NCBI GenBank assembly: GCA_964507275.1
Contig: CAZDPG010000001.1
Span: forward strand, 547,555-611,554
DNA length: 64,000 bases
Reading direction: 5' to 3'
Origin: an uncultured Candidatus Saccharibacteria bacterium
GTDB lineage: Bacteria; Patescibacteriota; Minisyncoccia; Phycocordibacterales; Phycocordibacteraceae
Positions 9,165 through 18,756 of this stretch are shown here, one piece after another. Within the stretch, counting starts at the first letter, position 1, and each line of letters opens with the position of its first letter. The notes under the pieces were generated by a model, which searched no databases, was not told the origin of the DNA, and was given only the letters and a program-made list of their open reading frames with translations. The position numbers and the translations under genes are program-made.

Positions 9165-10529
9165 TTACTCGTCTTTCGCTTTATCGCGATCTTCTTCTCG
9201 ATCCGCGACCGTCTCATCGCTTGCAGGAATGCTGGCGAGCTCCTCCTCTGCAGAGAGTCCGGTTACCTGCGGCGCATCCTCCGTAACGACTTCAATACTC
9301 TCGGTCGGCATGACGCCCGCTGCCTCAGCAGGATCCTCTTCGAGGTCGGCGATAGCGACTGATTCGCCATTCGATTCAGCTACTTCTTCACCCGCGGCAG
9401 AGACAATATCGATGTTCCAGCCGGTAAGTTTGGCAGCGAGACGCACATTCTGTCCGCCGCGACCGATAGCGAGTGATTGTTCATCCTCCGCGACTGTGAC
9501 GGTAGCGCGATGACCTTCCTCATCAAGAACAACTTCGAGCGGCGTAGCAGGGGAGAGTGCTTCCTTCACAAATTCCTTCACATCATCATTCCACTCGATG
9601 ATGTCGATGCGCTCACCACCGAGCTCGCTCATGACCGTCGAGACGCGTACGCCGCGCTGACCAACCAATGAGCCCACTGGATCGACATGCGGATCAATCG
9701 AAGAGAGTGCAATCTTGGTGCGACTACCCGGCTCGCGAGCAAGCGCCTTGATCTCGATGGCTCCAGACGCAAGTTCCGGTGCCTCGAGCTCAAAGAGCTT
9801 CACGACAAATTTCGGATGTGCACGGGAAAGGCGCAGGTAGACGCCGCGGAATCCCTCATCGACGGCATACAGATAGGCACGAATGCGCTCACCCATGCGA
9901 TAGCGCTCGCCTGGAATCTGCTCCTCATAGGGGATGATACCGGTCGTGCGGCCGAGGTCGACGAATATCGCGCCGCGCTCGATGCGCTGCACGATACCAC
10001 CGACGATTTCTCCCTTCTTCTCGCCGAATTCTTCCATCATCGAGAGCTTCTCGGCTTCGCGCACCTTCTGGATGACCACCTGCTTGGCAGTTTGAGCGGC
10101 GATGCGACCGAAGTCGTCCTGCGGCTCAAGCGGGAAGATGATCTCTTCTCCCACCAAAGCACCGCGCTTCATGAGCTTCGCATCAGAAAGGAGGATGTGC
10201 TTTTCGGAGTCGAAACGAGGAAGCTCGCCTTCCGCGAGGTGCTCTTCTTCCGCATGGAATGCATGTGCATGAGGATGATCTTCAACCACGTCTTCTCCTT
10301 CGATAGGAAAGCGCACCGTTGTCTCATCGACAACGGTCTTCACCTGTTCGAAACCGATAGTGCCAGAATTGAGGTCGAGTTTCGCACGGACGACCTGTCC
10401 GCGCTTGCCGTATTCGCGCTTATACGCGGTCGCCATCGCATTCTCGATGGCATCGACCATCGTCGCGCGACTAATACCTCTGTCTTCAAACTCTCCGAGC
10501 ACTGCATTGATGGTTTTCAGGTCAATCAT
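9165..10529 (-). CDS. nusA: transcription termination/antitermination factor NusA (with acidic C-terminal tail)
   Basis: Start set at MIDLKTINAVLGEFEDRGI, the NusA N-terminal domain. S1 and KH regions follow, then an Asp/Glu-rich tail. Confidence 0.85.
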   Translation of the reverse strand: MIDLKTINAVLGEFEDRGISRATMVDAIENAMATAYKREYGKRGQVVRAKLDLNSGTIGFEQVKTVVDETTVRFPIEGEDVVEDHPHAHAFHAEEEHLAEGELPRFDSEKHILLSDAKLMKRGALVGEEIIFPLEPQDDFGRIAAQTAKQVVIQKVREAEKLSMMEEFGEKKGEIVGGIVQRIERGAIFVDLGRTTGIIPYEEQIPGERYRMGERIRAYLYAVDEGFRGVYLRLSRAHPKFVVKLFELEAPELASGAIEIKALAREPGSRTKIALSSIDPHVDPVGSLVGQRGVRVSTVMSELGGERIDIIEWNDDVKEFVKEALSPATPLEVVLDEEGHRATVTVAEDEQSLAIGRGGQNVRLAAKLTGWNIDIVSAAGEEVAESNGESVAIADLEEDPAEAAGVMPTESIEVVTEDAPQVTGLSAEEELASIPASDETVADREEDRDKAKDE

Positions 10530-10686
10530 ATGGAATATGTATGTCGCACTTTTATAAAGAAAGCCCCGAAGGGGCATTCGCTTAGGGGGAAGTATACCAG
10601 AAGCTCTGGGTGCGTCAATAGGATGATTCCCAGAGAAAAGTGCTGCGTCAGCTTTATTCTCATCGCACAACAAGCTTCACAGAATT

Positions 10687-12486
10687 GTGTGCAATGCCCA
10701 CTTCGCACGAGGCGAAGCACGCTATACTCATATGTATATGCACGTTTCAGAAGGGGAACTGAAAGAATTCATCATCGACTCCGGACTCGTCGCAAAGAAG
10801 GAGATTGATGACGCGGCAGTTGAAGCACAGAAGCGAGGTCAGTCGCTTGGCGACATACTTGTCTCGCGCGGATCACTCACCGAAGACGCGCTCCGGCGTA
10901 TCCAGGCTTATGTGCTCGGTATTCCGTTCGTCAGCCTGAAGGACCACCGCATATCGGTCGACGTCCTCTCTCTTATTCCCGAGCCGATCGCCCGGACGCA
11001 CAACATCATCGCCTTCAAGAAATCAGGAGACTCGCTTGAAGTGGCGATGCTTGATGTTGAAGACCTCGCGTCTATCGAGAGCATTAGCAAGAAGACCGGG
11101 CTCAAGATCTTGCCACGATTGACCGATACGGAGAGCATCAAATCTGCGCTTCTTCAGTACCAGAAATCACTCAAGGATGAGTTCGGCGATATTATTTCAG
11201 CCGAAGCAGGGAAGATCCTCGTCGTCGGTGACGCGGGGAAGGATCTCTCGGGTGATGATCTGAAGAAAATGGCCGAGGACCTGCCGATCGTGCGCATCGT
11301 CGACACACTCCTGCGCCATGCGGTCGTGCAGAGCGCTTCCGACATCCATATCGAACCGATGGAGGACCAGGTGCTCGTCCGGTATCGCATCGACGGTATC
11401 CTGCACGATGCGATGACACTCCCGAGATCGGCAGCGGCCGGCATCATAGCGCGTATCAAGGTGCTTTCTAACCTCAAGCTCGATGAGAAGCGTCTTCCTC
11501 AGGATGGCCGTTTCAAGATGGAGACGGAGGCGGATCGTGTCTCATTCCGCGTATCAATCCTACCTACCTTCTTCGGAGAAAAAACTGTTATGCGTCTCTT
11601 GCGCGAGACGGGCGAAGGTTTTACGCTCGAGGGACTCGGATTCCATGGCGAGAATATGGAGCGCATCCACCACGCGCTCAAGCAGACGACCGGTATCATC
11701 CTCATCTCAGGACCAACCGGCTCGGGTAAGACGACAACACTCTATACGATGCTCGATATCTTGAACCGGCCGGACGTAAACATCTCCACCGTCGAAGACC
11801 CTATCGAATATCAGATGAAGCGGATCAATCAAACCCAGGTGAACCCACAGATAGGCTTCACGTTCGCCTCTGGTCTCCGCTCGCTCGTGCGCCAGGACCC
11901 GGACATCATCATGGTTGGCGAGATCCGCGACAGCGAAACCGCTTCGCTCGCAATCAATGCCGCTCTCACCGGCCACCTCGTGCTCTCAACCATCCACACG
12001 AATAGCGCCGCTGGGGCGATACCGCGACTCATTGATATGGGTGTCGAGCCTTTCTTGCTCGTCTCGACCATCCGAATCATCGTCGGCCAGCGACTCGTGC
12101 GCAAGCTCTGCGAGAGTAAAGAAGCCTATTCGCTGAATGCCGCAACACGCGGGAAAATAGCGCCAGCTGCCGAATTCGATATCGCTTTCAAAGCTCTCCA
12201 TGATGAAAAACTAATAAAGGCAGAATCGACGATTGATGATATTCCGTTCTATCATCCTGTTCCGGCAGACGAGTGCGAAGATGGTTACAAGAGCCGCATC
12301 GGCATCCACGAAGTCCTTTCAATATCTCCCGCTATCCGGGAAACCATGCTTCGTTCGAGCACAAGCGACGCCATAGAGGCGCAAGCGAAGAAGGAGGGGA
12401 TGCTCACCATGTTTGAGGATGGCTTATATAAAGCAGCCCGCGGCATCACCAGCCTTGAAGAGGTCCTGCGAGCGGTCAGCGAATAA
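10687..12486 (+). CDS. pilB: type IV pilus assembly ATPase PilB (GspE family)
   Basis: GspE N-terminal domain, Walker A LISGPTGSGKTTTLYT, Asp box and His box. The start may be the M at 10732 or 10738. Confidence 0.85.
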   Translation: MCNAHFARGEARYTHMYMHVSEGELKEFIIDSGLVAKKEIDDAAVEAQKRGQSLGDILVSRGSLTEDALRRIQAYVLGIPFVSLKDHRISVDVLSLIPEPIARTHNIIAFKKSGDSLEVAMLDVEDLASIESISKKTGLKILPRLTDTESIKSALLQYQKSLKDEFGDIISAEAGKILVVGDAGKDLSGDDLKKMAEDLPIVRIVDTLLRHAVVQSASDIHIEPMEDQVLVRYRIDGILHDAMTLPRSAAAGIIARIKVLSNLKLDEKRLPQDGRFKMETEADRVSFRVSILPTFFGEKTVMRLLRETGEGFTLEGLGFHGENMERIHHALKQTTGIILISGPTGSGKTTTLYTMLDILNRPDVNISTVEDPIEYQMKRINQTQVNPQIGFTFASGLRSLVRQDPDIIMVGEIRDSETASLAINAALTGHLVLSTIHTNSAAGAIPRLIDMGVEPFLLVSTIRIIVGQRLVRKLCESKEAYSLNAATRGKIAPAAEFDIAFKALHDEKLIKAESTIDDIPFYHPVPADECEDGYKSRIGIHEVLSISPAIRETMLRSSTSDAIEAQAKKEGMLTMFEDGLYKAARGITSLEEVLRAVSE

Positions 12487-12520
12487 AGATACAGATGTTT
12501 CAAAGCGTCAATAAGAAGTA

Positions 12521-12549
12521 TTGACTTTATATGTGTTTTGTTATATTCT
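12521..12549 (+). promoter_or_regulatory. candidate sigma70-type promoter (TTGACT...TATATT) upstream of the secreted-protein gene
   Basis: TTGACT at 12521, TATATT at 12542 (15-nt spacer) or TATTCT (17-nt spacer). GGAGG ribosome-binding site at about 12599 before the ATG at 12611. Confidence 0.3.
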
Positions 12550-12610
12550 GAAAATGGACTGGAATTTGTCCAAAATGCTGTTTCATTGAAATCAACTGAG
12601 GGAGTCAACC

Positions 12611-13063
12611 ATGAAAAAGAGCATGTTCTTGGCGCTGTTTCTGGCGTTTGTAGCCACTGCCGCGCGTGCCGACGGCGAAGTGTATTTCCAAGGGAACAAC
12701 AGTTTCGGGGCGTCGGTCTTCTCGGCCGGCTCTGCGAACTTCACCTTCGGATCCGCGAATGGCGGACCTGCAGTGTTCTCGGGGAACGCCTTCACCGCGA
12801 CCGGCGTATCGCAGATTCAAGGCTTCATCGGCTTCCAGGCCAATGCTTTCGTGCCGTCTGGCACGGTAGGCACAGCCTCGGCAGGTGGCTACGTGTCGCA
12901 CGTCTTCGGGGCGGGGCATCAGGGTGGGACATCCTATCCGTCCTACAGCACCCAGGTGCAGACGTGGTCCAGTTCGTCCGGCGAGGGGAGCGCGAGCTCC
13001 AATGTGAACATCGGCGGCAACGCTGTGTTCCATCCAGTACAGATGGGCGGCGGGAAGGGCTGA
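12611..13063 (+). CDS. secreted Gly/Ser-rich protein with Sec signal peptide, hypothetical
   Basis: MKKSMFLALFLAFVATAARA|DG signal peptide. Low-complexity G/S/A-rich mature part. Confidence 0.55.
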   Translation: MKKSMFLALFLAFVATAARADGEVYFQGNNSFGASVFSAGSANFTFGSANGGPAVFSGNAFTATGVSQIQGFIGFQANAFVPSGTVGTASAGGYVSHVFGAGHQGGTSYPSYSTQVQTWSSSSGEGSASSNVNIGGNAVFHPVQMGGGKG

Positions 13064-13067
13064 AGAA

Positions 13068-13931
13068 ATGAAAACCCTTACCCTCCTTCTGTCTCTGCTG
13101 GTCGCCTCGCCCGTATGGGCGCAGACGGCCAACAGCACTGGCTCAGCGACATCAGCGTCGGGGAATGTGGTGAACGACCTCGTGACGAATTTCAACTCTT
13201 CGCCAACGCCAGCCGCGCCGATGGTATCGACACCGTCGCTCATGCAACCGCAGATTTTCGGGGCACTGCAACGTACCCCAGTCGGCGCAAGCGTAGGCGT
13301 CACGGCAGGGTATTTGAAAACCTGCCAGGTGAAGTACACCCGAGCGACTCTGCCGGAAGTACGGTCGAGAGAAGGAGGGTCGGGGCACACCACGCTGGTA
13401 TTCGCCCCTCACCCGACATATCTCACTCTCGAAAGGGAGCGGGAGAATGTGCAGGTGGAAGAAGTAACACCACCTACATTTTCTCACGAGGCCGTGCCCA
13501 AGGTCGTATGCCTGGGCACTGTAACGGCCTTCTCGAACGACGGCGCGACAACTGGATTTGAAACCATAGTCGCTGATATCGCGCGGTTCCCCTTCGAACA
13601 CATGCGGGGAATTCGCGAGGTTGTCATCGTCGCGATGCCCGCAGGTATCGCCTCGGCCGGAGGGGTGTCCTCATCTGCAAAGTCGTTTGGCCTCGGTACC
13701 GGCGTGTCGCACGTGATAAGCGCAATGACCGCCGGTGTTATCGCCCCCAGCTTCTCAGGTGGGGGCGGTGAGAGTCGTCCGCAAGAATGGGTCGGCGGAA
13801 CGTTCATCCTCCTCGGCGTTGCTGAGGGCGGAAAGGATATTCTGCCGAGCGACTTCGCGGCACTCTTCAACCCGACGACATCCAACGGCAGCTCCAGCAA
13901 CAACGGAGCGAAAATGGAAGCGGCGAAATAG
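13068..13931 (+). CDS. secreted protein with Sec signal peptide, hypothetical
   Basis: MKTLTLLLSLLVASPVWA|QT signal peptide. 287 aa. Confidence 0.55.
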   Translation: MKTLTLLLSLLVASPVWAQTANSTGSATSASGNVVNDLVTNFNSSPTPAAPMVSTPSLMQPQIFGALQRTPVGASVGVTAGYLKTCQVKYTRATLPEVRSREGGSGHTTLVFAPHPTYLTLERERENVQVEEVTPPTFSHEAVPKVVCLGTVTAFSNDGATTGFETIVADIARFPFEHMRGIREVVIVAMPAGIASAGGVSSSAKSFGLGTGVSHVISAMTAGVIAPSFSGGGGESRPQEWVGGTFILLGVAEGGKDILPSDFAALFNPTTSNGSSSNNGAKMEAAK

Positions 13932-13948
13932 TTCTTGTGTGCCGATTG

Positions 13949-13992
13949 CACGCGCAGTCTTCTTCGAAAGAACTGCGCGTGTTTTGTTTTCT
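13949..13992 (+). terminator. rho-independent terminator
   Basis: CACGCGCAGT..(loop)..ACTGCGCGTG is a 10-bp stem followed by TTTTGTTTTCTT. Confidence 0.7.
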
Positions 13993-14012
13993 TCGTGGTA
14001 CGATTATTTTGA

Positions 14013-15227
14013 ATGAAGTTTCGCGCAACGATACAGAAAGAAGGGGTGCCGAACCAGGAACGAATTATTGAAGCGCCATCGCGTTTTGCTGTCTATGAGC
14101 AGATAGAAAAAGAAGACGAAGTTGTCGTCAACCTTACTGAACTTTCCGGCGCGTTTGCCCTCCCTTCATGGCTTTTCATATCATTCGGTACGGGCATAAA
14201 ACGTTCAGAAATAATCCGCATGGCAAAGAATCTTTCTGCCATGCTCGGCGCAGGACTCTCGCTCGCGCGTGCACTCTCGGTCATTGAGCGTCAATCAGAC
14301 AATAAGCATTTGAAAGCGGTCGCGCTCGGTCTTTCCGAAGCAATCAAACGAGGCGCATCCTTCCATGAAGCTCTCGCGGCATACCCGCATGTATTCTCGG
14401 AATTGTTCATCGCTATGACGAAAGCAGGGGAGGAGTCCGGAGGATTGAACGGAGCGCTGCAGATCGTCGCATTGCAAATGGAACGCTCGGAAGAGCTGGT
14501 CCGTAAGGTCCGCGGGGCGATGATTTACCCAGGAATCATCATCACCGCGGTCGGCATCGTCGGCGTGCTCATGCTCATCTTCGTCGTTCCCACCCTCACG
14601 AGCACGTTCACCGAGCTCGGCGTGGAGATACCGCTCGCTACACGAATGATCGTCAGCCTCTCTGATTTCTTGGCAGCGCACGCATCTCTTGTACTTGCCT
14701 TCATTGCCCTCCTCGGCGTGGGAAGTGTCGCGTTCGTCCGATCAAAAACTGGCGGCAACATCATACTCGCCATTGCCCTCCGAGCACCGGTCATAAAAGA
14801 GCTCGTGCGCGAAACGTACACTGCCCGCGCGGCACGCACTCTCTCGTCCCTTCTTTTCTCCGGTGTGCCGGTGCTTGAAGCGCTTGCCATAACAAAAGAA
14901 GTCGTGCATGCCAGGGTTTTCGCGAATGTGGTTGAAGAAGCATCGACGCATGTGCGGAAAGGAGAGCTTCTATCCGCAGCGTTTTCTAATCATCCAAAAC
15001 TGTATCCTATATTAATGAGCGATATGCTTGCCGTCGGCGAGGAGACAGGGAAAGTCACTGAGATGTTGCAACAAATTGCAGAGTTCTATGAAGAAGATGT
15101 TGCAGAAAAGACAAAGGATCTATCGACCATCATTGAACCAGTGCTCATGATTGTCATCGGTATCGCGGTTGGTATCTTTGCTGTCTCCATGATTTCGCCG
15201 ATATATTCGCTCTCGGGAGCGATATAG
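14013..15227 (+). CDS. pilC: type IV pilus assembly platform protein PilC (GspF family)
   Basis: 404 aa with two GspF domains and three TM segments. Confidence 0.85.
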   Translation: MKFRATIQKEGVPNQERIIEAPSRFAVYEQIEKEDEVVVNLTELSGAFALPSWLFISFGTGIKRSEIIRMAKNLSAMLGAGLSLARALSVIERQSDNKHLKAVALGLSEAIKRGASFHEALAAYPHVFSELFIAMTKAGEESGGLNGALQIVALQMERSEELVRKVRGAMIYPGIIITAVGIVGVLMLIFVVPTLTSTFTELGVEIPLATRMIVSLSDFLAAHASLVLAFIALLGVGSVAFVRSKTGGNIILAIALRAPVIKELVRETYTARAARTLSSLLFSGVPVLEALAITKEVVHARVFANVVEEASTHVRKGELLSAAFSNHPKLYPILMSDMLAVGEETGKVTEMLQQIAEFYEEDVAEKTKDLSTIIEPVLMIVIGIAVGIFAVSMISPIYSLSGAI

Positions 15228-15240
15228 AACTCCTTAAAAA

Positions 15241-17007
15241 CTACCTCACAATCGCGTACGTCCCAGGCAAGACCGCCCACGAACCGCCCGGTCCATTCGA
15301 GAAGCTCGCACTCTGCAATCCGCTCACATACGTTATCGTCGCATTATTCTGCAATTCCAAGCGCTTGGCGGTTACCTGATTCGCCGTCGTGCCATTACTG
15401 ATTTCTATGCCGCCATAGGGCGCGTACAATATGACGCCGGATGTATTGTTCGACATTTCAATAGCTTCTGATCCGGTGTTCGTGCTTATGATCATCGGGA
15501 AGCTGCCTGCGCTTCCATTCCCCTCGATAACGACATTGTTCGAAATGGAGACCCTCCCGGTCGTCGTCGTGGCATTTGTCGCATCGGCAATAAGTACCGC
15601 ACCACTCGTGCCGACGCTTGGCGAGACGAGTAGGGAAGCGTTGTTCGAAAGGAAGATGTTCCCATTCACCCACACCGGGCCTGAGAGAACGAGGGTGGCA
15701 CCGTTCGAAATACTGAGATCTCCATTTATCTTCGCCGGGCCGAGCGTCCGGGAACCTGAGTATGAATACGACCCTGATATCACTTGTCCTGCGGCCGCAG
15801 TTTCCTCCCAGTCTGCAATCTGAGCGTCGGAAATGGGAAGTGGTGCAGGATTGGCGTCGGCAGTTCCCGGATATGAGACCCCCCCAACCGAACAGCTGGA
15901 GATGACCTGATAGGAGGCAGTCCCCCCGACCGAACAGCTGGAAAGCGTGTGTGCCCACGCGTTTCCACCAACAGTCACGCCACTCAGCGAAGTTAATATC
16001 CCATCCCGATAGGTCTTGAACCCGAGGTCACCGGTGATACTCGTCCATGTCGGATTCTGGATGTTCCAGTTACTACTGGATTTTGCGGCTCCTCTCGAGT
16101 ATGAGCCGTTGCTATCGCGCGCCCAGACGAAATAATTGCTCGCATTCACCGATGCAATCGCAATAATCCAATACGTCTGATCCATCGTGAGGGTAGGGGT
16201 GCTGTCGAGGGTCGCTTCAGCAAAGCCGTATGAGGTGGTCACGAGGGACGCAGGAATCGTACCACTCGCAAGTACGGTCGTCCCCGGCTTGCCGCCATTA
16301 TCTGTCACTATTTTCAAGATAAGATTGCTGGGATTCCCTGTTTTCTTCACGTTCAAACTAACTCCTGCGAGTGCTGCGCTCGCCGATGGTTTAAACGATT
16401 GAGCAACGTCCGCGTGCGCCGATGTATCACCTATATTGAAACTGCTGTTCTGCACGGTCATCTGCTGATCCGCAACCGTGTCCGTGCCTACGGCGACAGT
16501 CGCATCGCCGGTTATCGTCCCGCTTCCGGAAACATTGCCATTAGAGAACAGGTTCCCATCTATGCGCGAACCGTTGTTCATAGTCACACCGCCACTCCCT
16601 ATCTGAACGCCATAGCGGAATGAGACGATCGACGAGTTTATCGTCGCGGTCACTCTCACAATTCTCGTAGCAGTCGGATGCACACTGTCTGGAACCGACC
16701 CAGTTACGGTTATGTGTTTCGTATTGCCGTCGACGCTCGCGACCGAGACGCTGAACACACCATTGCCGAGCGGTGTATCAATCTCTCCGGAATAACCGGC
16801 ATCCTGGTTGAGCTCATAAATGGCTTTGTCTATGCCCGCATCGGCAAGCGCCTGCGCTTGCGCCTCAGCGAGCGCGGAGCGTTCAGCATGCACCGCGCTT
16901 CCATAATAGTTGAAGAAGCCGGTTGTAACGGTCATGACAACGGCACTCACAATAAGAGAAAGTATGAGAATGTACCCTTGAGAAAGTGCTGTTGAGTATC
17001 GTTTCAT
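15241..17007 (-). CDS. large minor pilin / pseudopilin-like protein with Asn/Gly-rich β-helix-like repeats
   Basis: The N-terminal hydrophobic segment QGYILILSLIVSAVVM is prepilin-like but lacks Glu5. 588 aa with repetitive NG/SG-rich blocks. Last gene of the pilin operon. Confidence 0.5.
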   Translation of the reverse strand: MKRYSTALSQGYILILSLIVSAVVMTVTTGFFNYYGSAVHAERSALAEAQAQALADAGIDKAIYELNQDAGYSGEIDTPLGNGVFSVSVASVDGNTKHITVTGSVPDSVHPTATRIVRVTATINSSIVSFRYGVQIGSGGVTMNNGSRIDGNLFSNGNVSGSGTITGDATVAVGTDTVADQQMTVQNSSFNIGDTSAHADVAQSFKPSASAALAGVSLNVKKTGNPSNLILKIVTDNGGKPGTTVLASGTIPASLVTTSYGFAEATLDSTPTLTMDQTYWIIAIASVNASNYFVWARDSNGSYSRGAAKSSSNWNIQNPTWTSITGDLGFKTYRDGILTSLSGVTVGGNAWAHTLSSCSVGGTASYQVISSCSVGGVSYPGTADANPAPLPISDAQIADWEETAAAGQVISGSYSYSGSRTLGPAKINGDLSISNGATLVLSGPVWVNGNIFLSNNASLLVSPSVGTSGAVLIADATNATTTTGRVSISNNVVIEGNGSAGSFPMIISTNTGSEAIEMSNNTSGVILYAPYGGIEISNGTTANQVTAKRLELQNNATITYVSGLQSASFSNGPGGSWAVLPGTYAIVR

Positions 17008-17573
17008 AGGTTGCGCAAATAGATGTGTTCACGAAGGTGCGTCTGTATGGTCTCACTCCTCACAATCGCGCTCGTCGTCGCATCGACAATAATGTTTGTC
17101 ACGGAAGGGAAGCTTTGGGTATCGTACACGAAACTGAGTGCACCGAGAACATTCGTTAATCGTTTCTCCCCGGACAGACGACTACTTCCTGGCGCCGCAT
17201 CGATAAGCCGATACGCGACGGTACTCGAAGCGTGGATGCCAATGTAATCATAGGCGCCGGCAATAATAGCGCCCGAGGCATCGACGGAAGGAAGTTCAAA
17301 GAGGACGGTTGTTGTGCTGGAATTATAATTCAAACCGGAAAATGCATGCGTCGCAACAATCTGTCTGGCCTGTGACCCTGCATCACGCACGGCATCCATG
17401 ATGTTATTTCCGCCAAGCGCGACTTCGATTGAGGATTTTTGGGAAATGATGACGCGCCCATACACGACATAGAGCTTCTCAATGGCGAGTATGAGGATCA
17501 CGGAAAGAGCGATGGTGATCAGCACTTCGATGAGCGTAAAAGCGCTATGAGTAGGTATTTTTTTCATACTCAT
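17004..17573 (-). CDS. type IV pilin-like protein (prepilin-type N-terminal domain)
   Basis: THSA|FTLIEVLITIAL is an N-terminal methylation-type motif with Glu5. Confidence 0.65.
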   Translation of the reverse strand: MSMKKIPTHSAFTLIEVLITIALSVILILAIEKLYVVYGRVIISQKSSIEVALGGNNIMDAVRDAGSQARQIVATHAFSGLNYNSSTTTVLFELPSVDASGAIIAGAYDYIGIHASSTVAYRLIDAAPGSSRLSGEKRLTNVLGALSFVYDTQSFPSVTNIIVDATTSAIVRSETIQTHLREHIYLRNL

Positions 17574-17971
17574 ATGCCGCCCGTTCGAGTGATAAGCGTC
17601 GTGAGCGACACGACCCGATCGAGGTTATTGGCACCCCGCCAGGAAACTCCGACCATTACCTGCTTCGTATCCGCGTTCAGAGCGGTCAGGCTCGTGCTTG
17701 CTGTTCCTTGCGGCAAACTCGTCAATTCGGGGACAGAAAAAGAACCTCCTGCAGGGAGCGCCTCATATCCTCCTGCGCGCAGTTCATCAAGTTTCGCACC
17801 TGCAATATGAAATGCGACGCTCTCAAATGCCGCATCGCGAGTGACTTTTATCGTCCCCGTTACGATTGTCACGAATCCGGCCGCCACACTCATGATGAAG
17901 ACCGCAATCAACATCTCGATCAAGGTGAATCCTCTCTTTCTCTGCAGGGGCATCATCTGGAAGTATAGCAA
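17570..17971 (-). CDS. type IV pilin (possible major pilin)
   Basis: Leader MMPLQRKRG|FTLIEMLIAV is a classical prepilin cleavage motif. 133 aa. Confidence 0.7.
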   Translation of the reverse strand: MLYFQMMPLQRKRGFTLIEMLIAVFIMSVAAGFVTIVTGTIKVTRDAAFESVAFHIAGAKLDELRAGGYEALPAGGSFSVPELTSLPQGTASTSLTALNADTKQVMVGVSWRGANNLDRVVSLTTLITRTGGI

Positions 17972-18006
17972 GCTGACAGCTCGACGAACTTGCTATACTA
18001 CACAGC

Positions 18007-18756
18007 ATGCTCATTGTCGCTAACTGGAAAGCCTATATTGAGGACCTGAACAGAGCCAAGAAGCTCTTACTTGCGAGCAAGAGGCTTGCGAGCAAGACGG
18101 GATGCGATATCGTCGTCGCACCTCCTGCTCCTTTCCTCGGTATACTCGCAACAAAAAACAAATCACGAATCGCTTTTTCCGCGCAGGATGTCTCTATCAC
18201 GCTCGGAGGGGCAGAGACCGGCGAAGCAACCGCTGCGATGTTTAAGAGCGCCGGAGCCACGTACGCAATCATCGGCCATTCTGAACGACGAGCGCAGGGC
18301 GATACTAACGCCATCGTCGCAGAAAAGCTCGCGCATGTCCTCGCGCGCGACCTCATTCCTATCCTCTGTGTCGGCGAACAGGAGCGTGATGGCGAAGGTC
18401 GCTATCTTGCCTATGTGCGTGAGGAGATTACCTCCGCTATCGCTCCGCTCACGCCGAAGGAGCGTACGAGAATCATCCTGGCCTATGAACCGCTCTGGGC
18501 AATCGGCAAGACGGCTGATCACGCCATCGGTCAGACTGATCTCACGGAGATGGTCCTTTATATACGCAAGATTCTCGCGGAACTTATCCCCGGCAAGCAC
18601 TCCCAACATGCCCTCGTGCTGTACGGGGGATCTGTCGAGCCTGAAAACATTCGCGATCTCGCGCGTGCCTCGCTCGTTGATGGATTCCTCATCGGACATG
18701 CTTCCGTCGACGAAACCATGCTCGCCGCACTCGCGGGTCAGCTTGCTTCGGCATGA
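18007..18756 (+). CDS. tpiA: triosephosphate isomerase
   Basis: ANWK, IIGHSERR, VGEQE, AYEPLWAIGTG-like and YGGSV motifs. Confidence 0.9.
   Translation: MLIVANWKAYIEDLNRAKKLLLASKRLASKTGCDIVVAPPAPFLGILATKNKSRIAFSAQDVSITLGGAETGEATAAMFKSAGATYAIIGHSERRAQGDTNAIVAEKLAHVLARDLIPILCVGEQERDGEGRYLAYVREEITSAIAPLTPKERTRIILAYEPLWAIGKTADHAIGQTDLTEMVLYIRKILAELIPGKHSQHALVLYGGSVEPENIRDLARASLVDGFLIGHASVDETMLAALAGQLASA

Noticed and set aside
9687-10808. 373-aa plus-strand ORF
   Set aside because: Antisense to nusA, which has unmistakable domain motifs.
12605-13393. 262-aa minus-strand ORF across the two secreted-protein genes
   Set aside because: Arg/Gly-rich junk-like translation antisense to two ORFs with clean signal peptides and a terminator. 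Typical high-GC antisense artefact.
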